Assembly: GCF_964188315.1 (NCBI RefSeq)
Contig: NC_135667.1
Location: forward strand, 24,490,001-24,554,000
Direction of reading: 5' to 3'
Length of the DNA: 64,000 bases
Origin: Podarcis muralis
Lineage: Eukaryota
The position numbers were made by a program, and so were the translations under genes. Below, in pieces: positions 1-13,005 of this stretch (position 1 is the first letter of the stretch; every line of letters begins with the position of its first letter). The notes under the pieces are model-generated. The model did no database searches and was not told the DNA's origin. It saw only the letters and a program-made list of their open reading frames with translations.

Positions 1-747
1 ATGAGAACTGCAGGTGCTGAAGGCTTTCTTCCTACCTTGGGCTGAGGGCATCCTGATGACAGTAACAATGATGCAGAGGTAGGAGATGGCTGTCACAGAG
101 ACGGAGCTCAGGAGTGTGAAACAAGATGAGGCAAATTCAATATTTTCAACCAGGGTGGTGTCTGCACAGAGTAACAGTGTCAACGGGGCTGTGTCGCAGA
201 AGAAATGATCGATGACATTGGGGCCACAGTAAGGTAGTCCCGACTTGAAGATGATACCAAGAGCTACACAAATGAAGCCTCCAAACCAACAAAAGAGCAT
301 CATCAGCATGCAGACCTGGCTACTCATTATGGCCGTGTAGCGCAGTGGGTTACAGATGGCTAAGTAACGATCCACAGACATGGCCCCAAGCAGGAGAACT
401 TCTGTGGTCCCACAAAGGAAGTACAGTGTTATCTGGATAGCACATCCAAAAAAGGAGATGGTTTTTTTCTTTGTGATGAGGAGGTTTAGCATCTTAGGTG
501 TGACTGTGGTGGTGATGATAATCTCCAGCCAGGAGAGTTTGCTCAGAAAATAGTACATGGGCGTGTGAAGGCGGCAGTCAAGACGGATTATGAGGATGAC
601 CAGAGCATTGCCAATTAATGATAATGTATACATGACCAGGAAGATGCAGAACAGTGGCAGCTGCATCCCCTGAAGACTAGAGAAGCCAAGCAACACAAAC
701 TCTGTCACGACTGTTCCCGATATATTTTCTTTTCCATTCAGGATCAT
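1..747 (-). CDS. Olfactory receptor (family 6/11-like), 5' 249 codons; runs off the left window edge
   Basis: Manual translation of the minus strand from ATG at 747: MILNGKENISGTVVTEFVLLGFS...LHTPMYYFLS...MSVDRYLAICNPLRY...KKAFSTCSSH, no stop before base 1; close paralog of 6973-7941. Missing from the ORF track because there is no stop in the window. Confidence 0.93.
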   Translation of the reverse strand, partial: MILNGKENISGTVVTEFVLLGFSSLQGMQLPLFCIFLVMYTLSLIGNALVILIIRLDCRLHTPMYYFLSKLSWLEIIITTTVTPKMLNLLITKKKTISFFGCAIQITLYFLCGTTEVLLLGAMSVDRYLAICNPLRYTAIMSSQVCMLMMLFCWFGGFICVALGIIFKSGLPYCGPNVIDHFFCDTAPLTLLLCADTTLVENIEFASSCFTLLSSVSVTAISYLCIIVTVIRMPSAQGRKKAFSTCSSH

Positions 748-1666
748 TGTGCCATGGAACTGTAACCAGAACCCCTCTACAAAAGTTTGATGTCACTAAG
801 GATTGTGGATATGAGGCTGGACACAATATAAAGAGTGAAAGAACAAGAATGATATTAGAAATCTGGGCCAAACATTTCTGATAAAGTAGTTTTGGTACAA
901 TTCCTCTTTCAGAAAACAGAACACTGAATCTTACTTCAATGCACACAATCACCAACTAACTAAAGACTTGGTGCATGGAGGCTGTCTTTTGTTTCATTTT
1001 GTTAGAGTGTTCAAGATCTTAGTACAGCTTTTAGTTAAAATAGAAAATGCAACAAATAAATTGCATACAAAATCCATACAATTTATATTCAAACATTTTT
1101 GTTTAAATTTTGGTTCCTCTGTTTTGTTTTTGCTGGATTGGGGTTGATTAAATTTGTTGGAGTTGGTGGTTATTTTAATTCAGATATAACTGTAAACTGA
1201 TTGTTGTTGTTTTCTATTGATTTATTGGATTATTTATAGTCTGTATATTCTGTCTTTTAAAGACAGAAGTGTCTGGGTAAAACCCAGTCAGATGGGTGGG
1301 ATATAAATATTATTATTATTTCAGAATTTTTATGTGAATGTCATGACAGATATGGAAGTTTCTTTTCACTTCCCTCTTCCCCCCCAAAAGCCATGCAATA
1401 AACTTCAAGGAACCCGACATTTGTGGCTACTATCATCGTGCTCATCAATCATTTGCCATAAATTTTTGTCTAATGCACAAATCAAAGTAAATATGAGGAT
1501 TCGTATAGAAATTTGAAATAAGAACAAAAGATCAATGAAATGCATCTTAGCATTGGTTATGAACAACCCCATAGCCAGCTAACCCACAGACTGCTTTTAC
1601 AGTGGCTGAGTTGAAGTCAGGGAGATCCAATAGACATGGAATCCGTGGATCAAACATGCTATAAAC

Positions 1667-1804
1667 CAGATATGGGGAATATTTGGTCCTCCAAATATTG
1701 CTGAACTACAACTCCCAGCAGCCCCAGCATGCATGGTCAATGGCCAGTAATGATCCAAGTTGTATTTCAGTAACATCTGGAGGGTGAAAGGTTCCCAATA
1801 CCTG
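1667..1804. mobile_element. Palindromic non-autonomous element (MITE-like), degenerate
   Basis: Imperfect terminal inverted ends (CAGATATGGGGAAT... / ...AGGTTCCCAATACCTG) and internal dyad (gctgaactacaac / gttgtatttcag); related copy near 55243-55370. Confidence 0.4.
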
Positions 1805-2303
1805 CTTTAAACACATTTATCCCCCAAAGAAAGAGCTTACTAAAATATTGTTGATCATGGAAACCATTGCTCACTCCCATATTTTGTCTTTTCATTTATT
1901 GTTGCTAACTGCCTCCAAAACAGAGAAGAGGCAGGGAATTAGCCTCAAGTTCTGAATGAATTCTAAAATGGATGACAATATGAAACCATCAATACTTACA
2001 GCACTGCAGTGACACAAGGCGGTTGGAGTGGGGCAACAGCTGAAGGCAAGGACATGTGTTCCAGATTTTCTAGATGAGAAACTCAAAAGTTGATCAAATC
2101 AGAAATAGTTTAGTTTATCTTCGTTGTTTAGCAGCTCTCGCCATGTCCCTTTCTGTATGGCTCCAACTTCAAAACCATAAAATGAAAACTATTAAACTAT
2201 GTTGAGGTATCTCATCATCACCATTTGCCATTCAAGTCATAGCCTGACAAAGAAAATCCTAGATTCAGGTAGGTAGCTGTGTTGGTCTGACGCCGTCGAA
2301 ATA

Positions 2304-2383
2304 CAGGGTGAGTCTTTTAAAAGAGGCCCTGTGAATACAGAGTACTCATGTTCCACGGGTCCTCTTTTAAAATATTCACCCTG
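2304..2383. mobile_element. Tc1/mariner-type MITE (80 bp)
   Basis: TIRs CAGGGTGAGTCTTTTAAAAGAGG / CCTCTTTTAAAATATTCACCCTG, flanked by TA on both sides. Confidence 0.7.
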
Positions 2384-3137
2384 TATATTAAAAAATAAGA
2401 AAATAATACAAATAAAGAAAATAAAATAAAATACTGATTTAACTAGTGAAAATTACAAAATTATATGCAGCAAAAAGAGAAAATATCCATATACACCCTG
2501 AACTGTTAATTAATTGCCCACTGGAGCAGCTTTTAAACACAACATACGGGTACTTGATTACAATAGCCTATTTCATTCTCTTTGTGGATCATTAAAATGA
2601 GGACAATCACATGGGGATTCCTATCACAACCCTTGAGATTCAGCTGTGTGAAACCTTGATGTCTGATCTCACTGCCATGACCAGAGATAGACTGAGCTCC
2701 CCAGATCCTCCAGGTGCCAGGGTTTTCCATTCACCACCACAGAGGCAAAAGTCTAAAGAACATGTGGGCTACTCACAACCCTGGTGGGTCTTCCTTGTAG
2801 CTGCCCTGAATCCCCCGCCATTGCAAAATTTTACATTGTGATTGCAGCGGGGACAACACACACAGGAAGTGCCATCTTGCTCATTCATATCACACTAGCC
2901 CTGGTATGCCCCAAAGTTGCAGTGGGAAGAATAATTTTTTTTTTTGGGGGGGGGGACACTGAGCTTTATTATTAAAGATTTTCTTGTTTAACAGAAGTAT
3001 GTGTAATGTCTCTCATATTTTTTCTGTGTAACATTTTTACAAATCAGTTTCATAATTTACATGAACAGGAGGGAGTGCAGGTAAGGGGATATCAACATGT
3101 TGCCCCTGCCTATGTAGATTACACTCTTGCTAGCCAG

Positions 3138-3214
3138 GTGTGTGTGTGTGTGTGTGTGTTTGTGAGTGTGTGTGTGTGCTTGTGTGAGCATGTGTGTGCG
3201 TGTGCGCACACACA
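3138..3214. repeat. (GT)n microsatellite, imperfect
   Basis: Direct reading. Confidence 0.9.
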
Positions 3215-3642
3215 CTTGTAAATGCCCCCCTCAGTCCAGACACCAGCCACCCCCATTGGCAGGTAGGTGCTTACTATTGACCCACCACCACATGAGGCAA
3301 AAACCTCGGAGCAGACAGCATTTTCTCTTTCCTGGAGAAGGCATTGGGAGGGCCTGTGCCCTTCTGCTCCCCTTCCAATCATTAGTTCCTATGGCAACCA
3401 AGCAACCAAGTCACTCTGTAGTTATGCAAAGAGATGCTTAACATATTTTTCTTCACAAATAAAGTGGAAACAGGTGTGACCATTGTAGTAGTCCCCCGTT
3501 TCTGTATTTACCACATTATGTGGTTCTTACTAGTGTATAAAACGGGGATGCATAGGTGCAATTGTTTGTAAATGATGGGATTTATGAGCACTTTTTCTTA
3601 GATAGAAAAACAGTGTTCAGAGTCAAAATATTCTGAAAAAAA

Positions 3643-3790
3643 TCATAGAATCACAGAATTGTAGAGGTGGAAGTGACCCTGAGGGTCATCTAGTCCAATC
3701 ACTTGCAATGCAACCATGTTTGATGGCCATCAAACCTCTGCTTAAAACCTCCCAATGAGGAAATGGAATCCATTCCACTGTCTGCAATGG
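3643..3790 (-). mobile_element. CR1 LINE 3' end, degenerate
   Basis: tcatagaatcacagaatt tail followed by CR1 3'UTR-like gtggaagtgaccctgagggtcatctagtcc. Confidence 0.55.
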
Positions 3791-6278
3791 CAAGTTTGAA
3801 GGTGAAATAAGTGCCTTGACTAGTGATACAATTTATTTTTCAAGTCCATCAGGTGTTTATACAGGAGAATATTCATTATGCCCAGGAGGAAAACACTGTT
3901 GTCATGAATGCAAGGGGTAGTAAGATATTTGATAAGGTGCTTATACAAAAATCCTGAAGCAAAATGGGTTTCAAGAAAGGACACATGTTATGTGCAGAAA
4001 TACTTCTCGTACGTAGTATTGGAAAAGTACTTTAGAGAAGAGGCTGTGTTTGTTGTGGGGGAGTTGTGTTCTATCCTCATGGACAATGCTGGTACCCTTT
4101 GCCAAGTCAGTCCATTTTTCTCAGCATTGTCTAGGCTGACTAACAGAGGCTCCCCAGGGATCTTTTCCAGCAATATTCAGGGACTGTATCTGGGACTTGT
4201 CCTATGAAAAACATATGCTATACAAGTGGTTGCTGCGTGTTTTATATTTGTATTCTGCATTCCTTTCATGCTGGAACTCCAGGCATCCTAAACTGAGCTT
4301 CCATACACATAACCGGTTAGCTGCACTGAAAGACTGCTGCAATGCAGTGCCATTTTAGGGGATGGAACTTAATTTTTGCAAATTTCTTCAGTGAGGGCTC
4401 TTAAAAATATGTTTTAAGGTGCAAGAAATTCAAACCCACTATTATTTCAGTGATTGCACATTTCTCTTGGCAATCCTATGTTTGATGATGAACTGCTTTT
4501 AGAAAACCAAAGAATTTAATTTTACCTTCTGAAAATGTCAGCTAATCTTTTAAAATAATTTATATAGAATGTTACACACATTTTACTCACCAAGCAAAAC
4601 TAAATTGTATCAATTTAATAAAAATGCCGTTTGAATTCCCAAGTCATGTTACAACCTTTTAGCACCCCTCATTTTTGGAATATGAAAGTTGAAAAATTCT
4701 ACATGCACAACTGCTGCATCATGCCCCTTTAAACCCCTTGAAGACAATTACTCTAATTGTCTTTGCCTACATTTCTCAAAAGAACTTGCAGTCAAGAGGG
4801 TTGTGGAAAATCTTAATGAATGTATAAAGCAATGCATTTTAATGAAAAGGAGCAATAGAATTGAAATGAAGTTGTCGTAAGTTAATTATTCTCAGGGGGA
4901 GGGGAGCAAATAAGTTGGAATGAATACAGAATGCAGAAACTTTTAGAGATTCTAGACAATAACATTGAAATTCCAAGGCTCCCAAGGGTGTTAGGAGACC
5001 ATATGTCTCTGAATTAAACTAAAACAAACTGATAATATGCTGGTTATTTCTAGTTATTCTGTAACATTTGTTAAACTTTTTAACAATCAATGTCACTATA
5101 AAATTTTATATTCAGGATGCTATTGTTGGTAGATATACATAGGTATGCAAGAACCTGCTGCTTTTTGATATTAACCGAGTATATTTTAAATTATAGGCCC
5201 AACAATTACATAATTGGAATAATCAAGCTTCCAACTGTTTCTACTACATTTGTTCCTTGATATTTGAAATCTAGAACCTTAATTATTGGATGGGGGTAGA
5301 AAATCTGAAGTGGATGGCATGAGTTTGTACCCATTCTCCTTCCCTTCCCAGAGAGCTGTTGTTAATGAGCAGCAATGAAGAAGGTTCACAGCTTCCCCCC
5401 CCCCCATGTTGTGGGAAATGTCCAGATTTGATGAGTGTTGGTGTCAACATTTACATGCAAATTTTGTCAATTTCTATGAACGTCAAGTTTTTGGTTGCAC
5501 ACTTCCCTGCTTGTCAAATACAATATATGAATGCTCATATATATGACTATAAACATTTTAAAGCAAACTAGTATGGGTAACATTCACCAGATTTTGGATA
5601 GTAATTGTTAACATGTCAGAAACCCAGTGAATATTGGCATTTAACAATAATTCATACAGTTAAACCTCACGGCCATCAAATTCCTGTGGGAATGCCTGCC
5701 TGATTTACATCATTTACCAGATTACTGTTGCCTGGATGCAATGTCTATTGCAAGTCTTCTGACATGATTATTTCTTATATTTATTGGGAAACCAAGTGCA
5801 TTCATTAAGATATTTCACCCCATCTCCAGAACTTATAGGAACTGAAAAGAAGATGTGAAGAAATTTCAACATTTTTACATGGTTTATGGCTTTATTTAAG
5901 ACTAAAACACCATGTCCTGCTATTAAAGAATGTTTTGGTACTCTGGATATTAAAAGATGCAGAAGAAAGCAATTACTGAAGTATGACAATGTCCACAAAA
6001 ATGATAACTCAGTCATAAATATTGGGCTTTCTGATGAGGTGTTACTGATCACAGTTGGGACTAGAACGCCAGTCTTCTCATTTTGTGAGGGCTAGGTCTC
6101 TGTCTGATGGTGCTAGTGACCCCAGAAGAGAGCTGGATTGTACATTATGTGCTGCCATCAAAATGGTGCTCTGTTAGCAGCAGCTAAGGAAGCAGACACT
6201 AAAAAGCTGATATTTATTATCCAAAGCACTTTTGCAGTTCCATCTCCTCTAAGAAGTACTTGAGAAAGGATGACATTT

Positions 6279-6895
6279 CATAGAATCATAGAATCATAGA
6301 ATCATAGAGTTGGAAGAGACCACAAGGGCCATCGAGTCCAACCCCCTGCCAAGCAGGAAACACCATCAGAGCACTCCTGACATATGGCTGTCAAGCCTCT
6401 GCTTAAAGACCTCCAAAGAAGGAGACTCCACCACACTCCTTGGCAGCAAATTCCACTGTCGAACAGCTCTTACTGTCAGGAAGTTCTTCCTAATGTTTAG
6501 GTGGAATCTTCTTTCTTGTAGTTTGGATCCATTGCTCCGTGTCCGCTTCTCTGGAGCAGCAGAAAACAACTTTTCTCCCTCCTCTATGTGACATCCTTTT
6601 ATATATTTGAACATGGCTATCATATCACCCCTTAACCTCCTCTTCTCCAGGCTAAACATGCCCAGCTCCCTTAGCCGTTCCTCATAAGGCATCGTTGCCA
6701 GGCCTTTGACCATTTTGGTTGCCCTCCTCTGGACACGTTCCAGTTTGTCAGTGTCCTTCTTGAACTGTGGTGCCCAGAACTGGACACAGTACTCCAGGTG
6801 AGGTCTGACCAGAGCAGAATACAGTGGCACTATTACTTCCCTTGATCTAGATGCTATACTCCTATTGATGCAGCCCAGAATTGCATTGGCTTTTT
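6279..6895 (-). mobile_element. 5'-truncated CR1 LINE (ORF2 C-terminus plus 3'UTR)
   Basis: (CATAGAAT)n tail; ORF 6366-6830 encodes the CR1 ORF2 C-terminal motifs [19 protein letters not shown] and [21 protein letters not shown], uninterrupted, so a young copy. Confidence 0.92.
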
Positions 6896-6972
6896 AAAAC
6901 ACATTTGACAAGGCATAACAGAAAGGTTCTAAGTTAAGTTAGGAACTTGAGTGACAAAGAAGCAAGAGATGC

Positions 6973-7941
6973 CTAATCGACTGTTTTCCTAAATATTGCA
7001 CCAATTTTCTTCACTGCATCTTTTAGCACATCCTTGACCACTTTGTTTCTAAAGCTATAGATAAGTGGATTAAGGAATGGAGTTACCACAGAGTTGAACA
7101 CAGTGGCCACCTTATTAAACTCCATAGAAGAACTTCCAGGTGGTCTGACATAGATGAATATGGAGCTGCCATAATAGAGGGTGGCCACAGTGATATGGGA
7201 GCTGAATGTGCTGAAGGCTTTCCTCCTGCCTTGCGCTGAAGGCATCCTGATCACAGTGAAAATGATGCTCAGGTAGGAGACAGCTGACACAGAGACGGAA
7301 CTCAGGAGTGTGAAACAGGATGAGGAAAATTCTACAGTTTCAACCAGAGTGGTGTCTGCACAGACCAACTTTAACAAGGGACCAGTATCACAGAAGAAAT
7401 GGTCAATGACATTGGGGCCACAATAAGGAAGGCCTGTCTTGAAAACGGCACTAATTGCAACACAAAAGAAACTTCCAAACCAACAGAAAAGCATCATCAG
7501 CATGCAGACCTGGTTACTCATGATGGCCGTGTAGCGCAGTGGATTGCAGATGGCCAAGTAGCGATCCACAGACATGATTCCTAATAGGAGAACTTCTGTG
7601 GTCCCACAAAGGAAGTACAGTGTTAGCTGAACAGCACATCCAAAGAAGGAGATGGTTTTTTTCTTTGTGATGAGAAGGCTGAGCATCTTAGGTGTGACTG
7701 TGGTGGTGATGATCATCTCCAACCAGGCAAGGTTGCTGAGAAAATAGTACATAGGGGTATGGAGGCGGGCATCGAGGCGGATTATGAGGATGATCAGACC
7801 ATTGCCAATTACTGACAACACATATATGACCAGGAAGAGGCAGAACAATGGTAGGTGCATCTTCTGCAGACTAGAGAATCCAATCAGCACGAACTCTGTC
7901 ACAACTGTTCCTGAGATATTTTCTTTTTCATTCAGGATCAT
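6973..7941 (-). CDS. Olfactory receptor (family 6/11-like), 322 aa, intact ORF
   Basis: OR motifs LHTPMYYFL, MSVDRYLAIC, HFFCD, PFLNPLIYSFRN; N-terminal NIS sequon; TM6 motif reads KAFSTFSSH. Confidence 0.93.
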   Translation of the reverse strand: MILNEKENISGTVVTEFVLIGFSSLQKMHLPLFCLFLVIYVLSVIGNGLIILIIRLDARLHTPMYYFLSNLAWLEMIITTTVTPKMLSLLITKKKTISFFGCAVQLTLYFLCGTTEVLLLGIMSVDRYLAICNPLRYTAIMSNQVCMLMMLFCWFGSFFCVAISAVFKTGLPYCGPNVIDHFFCDTGPLLKLVCADTTLVETVEFSSSCFTLLSSVSVSAVSYLSIIFTVIRMPSAQGRRKAFSTFSSHITVATLYYGSSIFIYVRPPGSSSMEFNKVATVFNSVVTPFLNPLIYSFRNKVVKDVLKDAVKKIGAIFRKTVD

Positions 7942-8594
7942 TGTGCCATCATTGAACTGTAACCAAAAGACCCCGACGAAAGAAACATCAATGTGGCATT
8001 ACTACTATGCATTATAAACTTGAGACTAAACCATCGTATATATTGAATGGGTCAATTTTAGCCTTCTGGTCTGATTTATAATAATAGTCCTAGTGCTGCT
8101 TTAGCTGATTTATATCCTTGTTGATGGGGAATTTTAAATTGTTTAAGTATTTTGTTTTTGAAAATTGCATGGAGAACTATAGTTATGGTGTGATTTAGGA
8201 ATAGAGCAAAACAACAAAAACAAACAAACAAGTAGAAAGGAGAAAAAATGATTTAAATAATCTGAGCCAAAAAGTTGTGACTAAAATTTTTAAATAAATA
8301 AAACCTTTTCTGTAACATTCTAGTGTCAAAGTTCTGGATAATCTGAGGGAACATCTGAGGGAACATGCTGTCATTTGTGGGAATCCCTTCCCTAGTCAAG
8401 ACTAGCATGTAAGTGCCAAAATGAGAAAAAGGATTGTGACAGACTTCTAAAGGGAGTTTCCACACTGGCTGAATGGGCAACAAAATAGCAAATATGGTTC
8501 ACTGTTAATAAGTGAGAGGTGATGCACTATGAGACAAAAATCCCTGACTGCACACATGTACCCAATGGGGTCATAGCAGACAATGACTGACCAA

Positions 8595-8931
8595 TAAAGA
8601 TAAGGGTTAAGGACCCCTGGATGGTTAAGTCCAGTCAAAGGTGACTATGGGGTTGTGGCAGTCATCTGGCTTTCAGGCTGAGGGAGCTGGCGTTTGTCCA
8701 TAGACAACTATCCGGGTCATGTAGCCAGCATGACTAAACTGCTTCTGGCGCAATGGAACACCGTGATGGAAACCAGAGCACACAGAAATGCCACTTATCT
8801 TCCTACCTATTTATCTACTTGCACTGGCATGTTTTCGAACTGCTAGGTTGGCAGGAGCTGGGACAGAGCAATGGGAGCTTACTCCATTGCAGGGATTCGA
8901 ACCGCCAAACATCAGATCAGCAAGCCCAAGA
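8595..8931 (-). mobile_element. Sauria SINE, older degenerate copy
   Basis: Shares ctatttatctacttgcac...ttcgaactgctaggttggcagg and gggattcgaaccgcc with the full copies at 17399 and 43998. Confidence 0.75.
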
Positions 8932-9074
8932 TAACCTGCATTCATCATGATAGCTCAATGGATATGTTGACTTAGTGAGTAGCAGCTGAGAAAAAGCCAA
9001 ATCCCATATGAGGGATCAGTTAGGAAAGGGATTAAAAATGAACCCACCAATTTTGTAATGGTTCAAAAATATTT

Positions 9075-9430
9075 ATAGTGCAACCACATTTGCAATACTG
9101 TCCACAGCTCTGGTTGCCATACTTCAAAAAGTATCTTGTAGAGTTCAGAAAGGGGTGAGGGGAGGCAACCAAAATGAACACAGAGCTGGAACAAATTCCC
9201 TTCAAGGAAAGGTTACACTGCTTGGCTTTTTGGTTGGGAAAAGGGGTAAAAAAGAAAATTCTTTTCCCTCCTCCATAATACTAGATCTTGAGGCCAACCA
9301 ATGAATGGTGGGAGAATCGGGACAGCTAAAAAGCTTTCACACAGAAAATTGTTAGTAATCTTTGGAAGTTTGCAACCACAAATTGGTCACCAATCTGGAT
9401 GGCTTTAAGGTGGTTAGACAAACTTGATAA
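9075..9430 (+). mobile_element. Ancient CR1/L3 ORF2 3' fragment
   Basis: caaccacatttgcaatactgtccacagctctggttgccatacttcaaaaa corresponds to a decayed [16 protein letters not shown] motif; rest highly decayed. Confidence 0.5.
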
Positions 9431-10800
9431 ACCTCTACTGTATCCCTCCCTACTCTTTGCTATAAAAACATAAGGTTATTGGCATTTAGTCATATGTTAC
9501 TCCAGTTTGAAGAGGATGAACCCTACAAAACTAGAACATTTCACACAAGATAATATTCTTCACAGATGATTGGAACAAAATGGCATTAAATTCATACCAT
9601 GCACATAGATGCAATTAATGGATAACAAGAAAAAAAATTATTAATTTTTTTGCTTGTACCTGATTTAAAGATGGAGAAAACGTTGATTCCCTCATTTGAC
9701 AGCACTTATCTAGGTAGCCACTTTTGCGGGGGTGGTGGTGGTTTGAAGGAAACAAAAATAATTGTCTGAGCTTTAGGATATTAAGCAGTTAATTAACTAG
9801 CAGAATCTTAACTCTGGGCTATCAGGCGTCAGAAGATGTGATGTGGGAGCCAGTAGGAATGTTGGTATTCATTTGCAGGCTCCATGAAAGCAGAAATCTT
9901 TGAAGATTATAAAACCAAGGGAAAAGAGAAAGCAAAGAGGGAGAGAGAAATCTAAGTATTTCAGTCCTCATGTTCTCTTCTAGAGGGATAAACTTTCTCT
10001 ATAATTGTTATTTTTTTTGTGTGTGTGTGTGTTGGGGATGTCTGCAGTGTTTAGTATTATCTGTTGAGCTTGGGGATATGCACACTTGGGGCATTGCTCC
10101 TTGCAACATAAGAAAACACAAGAATTCCAAAATGGAAAGTTACATTGTCTCATCAGTATAATTTGGTTTTCACTGTGAAACAGGCATTCTCCTTATCCAC
10201 ACACAATTTATGACTAATTAAATTAAAACAGTAATAAAACTTTCCCAAGATGCATAAGTATATTCACAAAAACTTCAGAGACTCATTCTGTGAAATAATA
10301 TCTGACTTCTTATGTTGTGTGACAAATGCGTGGTTTTTTTCGGGGGGGGGGATTCAGCTCAGCACTACTAATTACCTTTGTAGTGCATATTGTCTTTTTG
10401 CTACTTTTTTGCTTTCCTTATTTGGGAAAAAAAGCATGTTTGCCCACCCCCGCCCCAGCTAACTTCTTTAACAATTTAAATTAACTTCTGAGCCTTAAAA
10501 TCACTGATACATTGCAAACTGAAGGGGGCACTGTGGGATTGCTAAGCAACTTAAGTTATTTGAGTTCAGAAATAGCTACTGTGGACAATATTTTGTGAGC
10601 TGTATGTATTAAGTATGGCAATGTATATTTTGCAGTCAGTTGCTTTATTTTATTGTTACACTCTTGTCACTTATCTTGTGGTTCAATTCAAATGTCTGAT
10701 GCACATTTGTGTCTCCTGTACATTTGTGTCTCCTGAACTCAAAAAGTTCAGTCTACTCATGCACAGTACTCTTTATCAAGAGCAAAAGAATGGAATTGCA

Positions 10801-11194
10801 TGGCAAGTTCCAAGCCACAAAGTTCCCAGGAGAACAATAAAGCACACGGACACAAAGTATTTTGGTTTATGGGTTCAAAAAGGCCACAACTTTATTGGTT
10901 ACAAATGTGAGCAGTTTGGCTTAGGCCAGTGATGGAGAGAAAGAGAGTGTGAAAGCTGGTTGTGCCACGGTTAAATGTGCCCGCAGCCACACCCACACAG
11001 AGTTCTGATTGGCTGGGGCTATCCAACAAGGGCAGAACTCCAGCAACAACAACCCAGGAAGCAAATGGACACCATAATAGCCAGTCTCTACCTGAAGAAA
11101 GATGGCTGCCTACATTGATATCTGTATCTATAACTCTTTGTTATGACATGTGGTCCTTGGAAGCACTTTATATGACTTTTTTACCCACATGACA
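10801..11194 (-). mobile_element. Possible solo LTR
   Basis: Minus strand begins TGTCATGTGGG and contains AATAAAGTTGTGGCCTTTT, also seen near 42783 (AATAAAATTGTGGCCTTTT); no target duplication found, boundaries uncertain. Confidence 0.3.
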
Positions 11195-11501
11195 GTCACA
11201 TTACTAGCTGCTTTGAACATTTAAATATAAATAAGGCAGACTTTGCATCAGCTTTTAAATACATAAATGCTTAGATACGCAAAACAGATTCATCTCCATA
11301 TCTCTGTTGCAATCCACACATGGGACCCAGAGGGACAAAATGTTTAAGCTCACTGCAAAACGTAGAGTGAACCAAAATTCTCTGCCATTGCCAATTCAGG
11401 CAAAATGTGCATGTAATATTTATTTGATTACATTTCTGACAAAATCAGAAGAAGCAATAATGAGGGTGAAAATTATTGTTATGAAAGTTATTGTTTGGAC
11501 A

Positions 11502-11746
11502 CATGGGAACAATTTGTCAAAGTACCAAAGTGCACATCCAATTAACCTCCTTTCTACATGAGCATATTTAAAAAGCCAGTTTAGAAAGGAGCTGCTACAC
11601 AATATTTAGTCAAATCTGAAAAGCAGATGAAAGACTCTCAGATGACCCAAGGGATGCATGACCAGTCATAACCTAAAGCAGCTACCCCCAAAAAATGTCA
11701 TTTACCCACATTGAGAGCCAACTGCTCTTAAAGGGGCTAGGTAAGT
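11502..11746 (+). promoter_or_regulatory. Candidate OR proximal promoter and non-coding exon 1 for OR 13834
   Basis: CATGGGA (O/E-like) at 11502, CAATTA (homeodomain TAATTG) at 11539, AG|GTAAGT donor at 11741; same block and spacing upstream of ORs 19878 and 25164. Confidence 0.55.
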
Positions 11747-12509
11747 TTTATTTTAATTTTAAAAAATGTAAATTTAATACTATCTACAGTTTTAAAAGTC
11801 TGACATTTCCCCCCTCTTTATTCATTGGCACACCACCTACATTTCTCTCTTACACAACAACATTCCCTTTGAAATTTCCCATTCACTGAAGTCAATGTCA
11901 TTAAAGTGTAATAATACAAGCAGTATGCATTAACTGGGGGGCAGGGGCAGCAGTATGTCTGTGGGAAACATCAAGGCAAGACTTCCAAGATGTGGAAGTA
12001 ACATGTAAGCATCTTTGTACACTTAACTGAGAAATCTGACCAAAAGAAAAATAATGAAATTGCAAGCAATTAGGGAAAAAGTGGTCTTACAACCAATTCA
12101 GCCTCCCACCATTATACTTCTCCCATGAGTAGACACTGATGTGATAAATTATTCATTTGCATAAGCTGTCTGCACCAGAATACAAATCCAGAGTAGGCTA
12201 GCAGGAGGACCAGCAGATCAGTTGGGGCTGATCCAAGGCATTCTTCTGGCTGAGGCAACATATAAGTCGGCACTCCCTGCCACACTCAGCAGCATCTTAC
12301 GCCACACCAAAGGCTAGTTTAGGCACCACAAAGCAGGTCACATGACACACACTTGGTTTATCCTCCAATAGTGTTTGCTCACTCTCCCAATTAGCGGCTA
12401 TTTTTCTTATGTTCAAGCAAGTCACCTCCTCACTAAGGGTCTAACATTGGGTAAGACAGTACCATAATGATTTCTTAAATACTAAGGCAGCTAAATACTG
12501 ATGGGGTGC

Positions 12510-13005
12510 ATGAGGTGTTAGGGGAGGGGCAGTACCTCTGGTGGGGGATATGTCATGCTCCTTCTGGGGTAGCTTGTTGACCTTTGGTCCCCAACCTGCA
12601 CTCAGCTCTCACCTGTGGCTCCTAGGAGCTGTCAGCATGTGACAGTGGCCACAAACTGGGAACAGCTTTGCCTGGCCAGCTAAACCAGCTGAAGGTAGGC
12701 AATGGGTCTCAAACCCTTGGTGAATTAAGGACTTCCTCTGCATGCAAAGATTTAGTGGATCTTAATCTGGCGGATTGAGCAAACAAGACCAATGGTGGGT
12801 CCAGTGGTCAAGAAGGTGGTTTCTGGAGGTGCTGTAGAGGGAAGTGAGGCAGATGGGGCTTGCCAAACTGGGAAGGTAGCCCATTTAGGTAGGAGAAGGA
12901 AAACTCCGATCCTAAACCTCTGCTGCCTTGCAGGATTTCTTCAGGAGATGAAAAGCTAAGAAGTAAACACTACACAAATCTGGAGAGCAGTCCCTCCGAC
13001 AATTG
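12510..13005 (+). mobile_element. GC-richer interspersed repeat resembling an RTE-clade LINE 5' UTR
   Basis: Recognised by general similarity only; interrupts the upstream block shared with ORs 19878 and 25164. Confidence 0.3.

Noticed and set aside
3880-4210. Additional OR pseudogene
   Set aside because: No OR motifs in any frame; traces resemble decayed CR1 RT (FDKV, G.PQG) but too weak to annotate.
6366-6830. 154-aa host gene
   Set aside because: C-terminal fragment of CR1 ORF2 in a 5'-truncated insertion.
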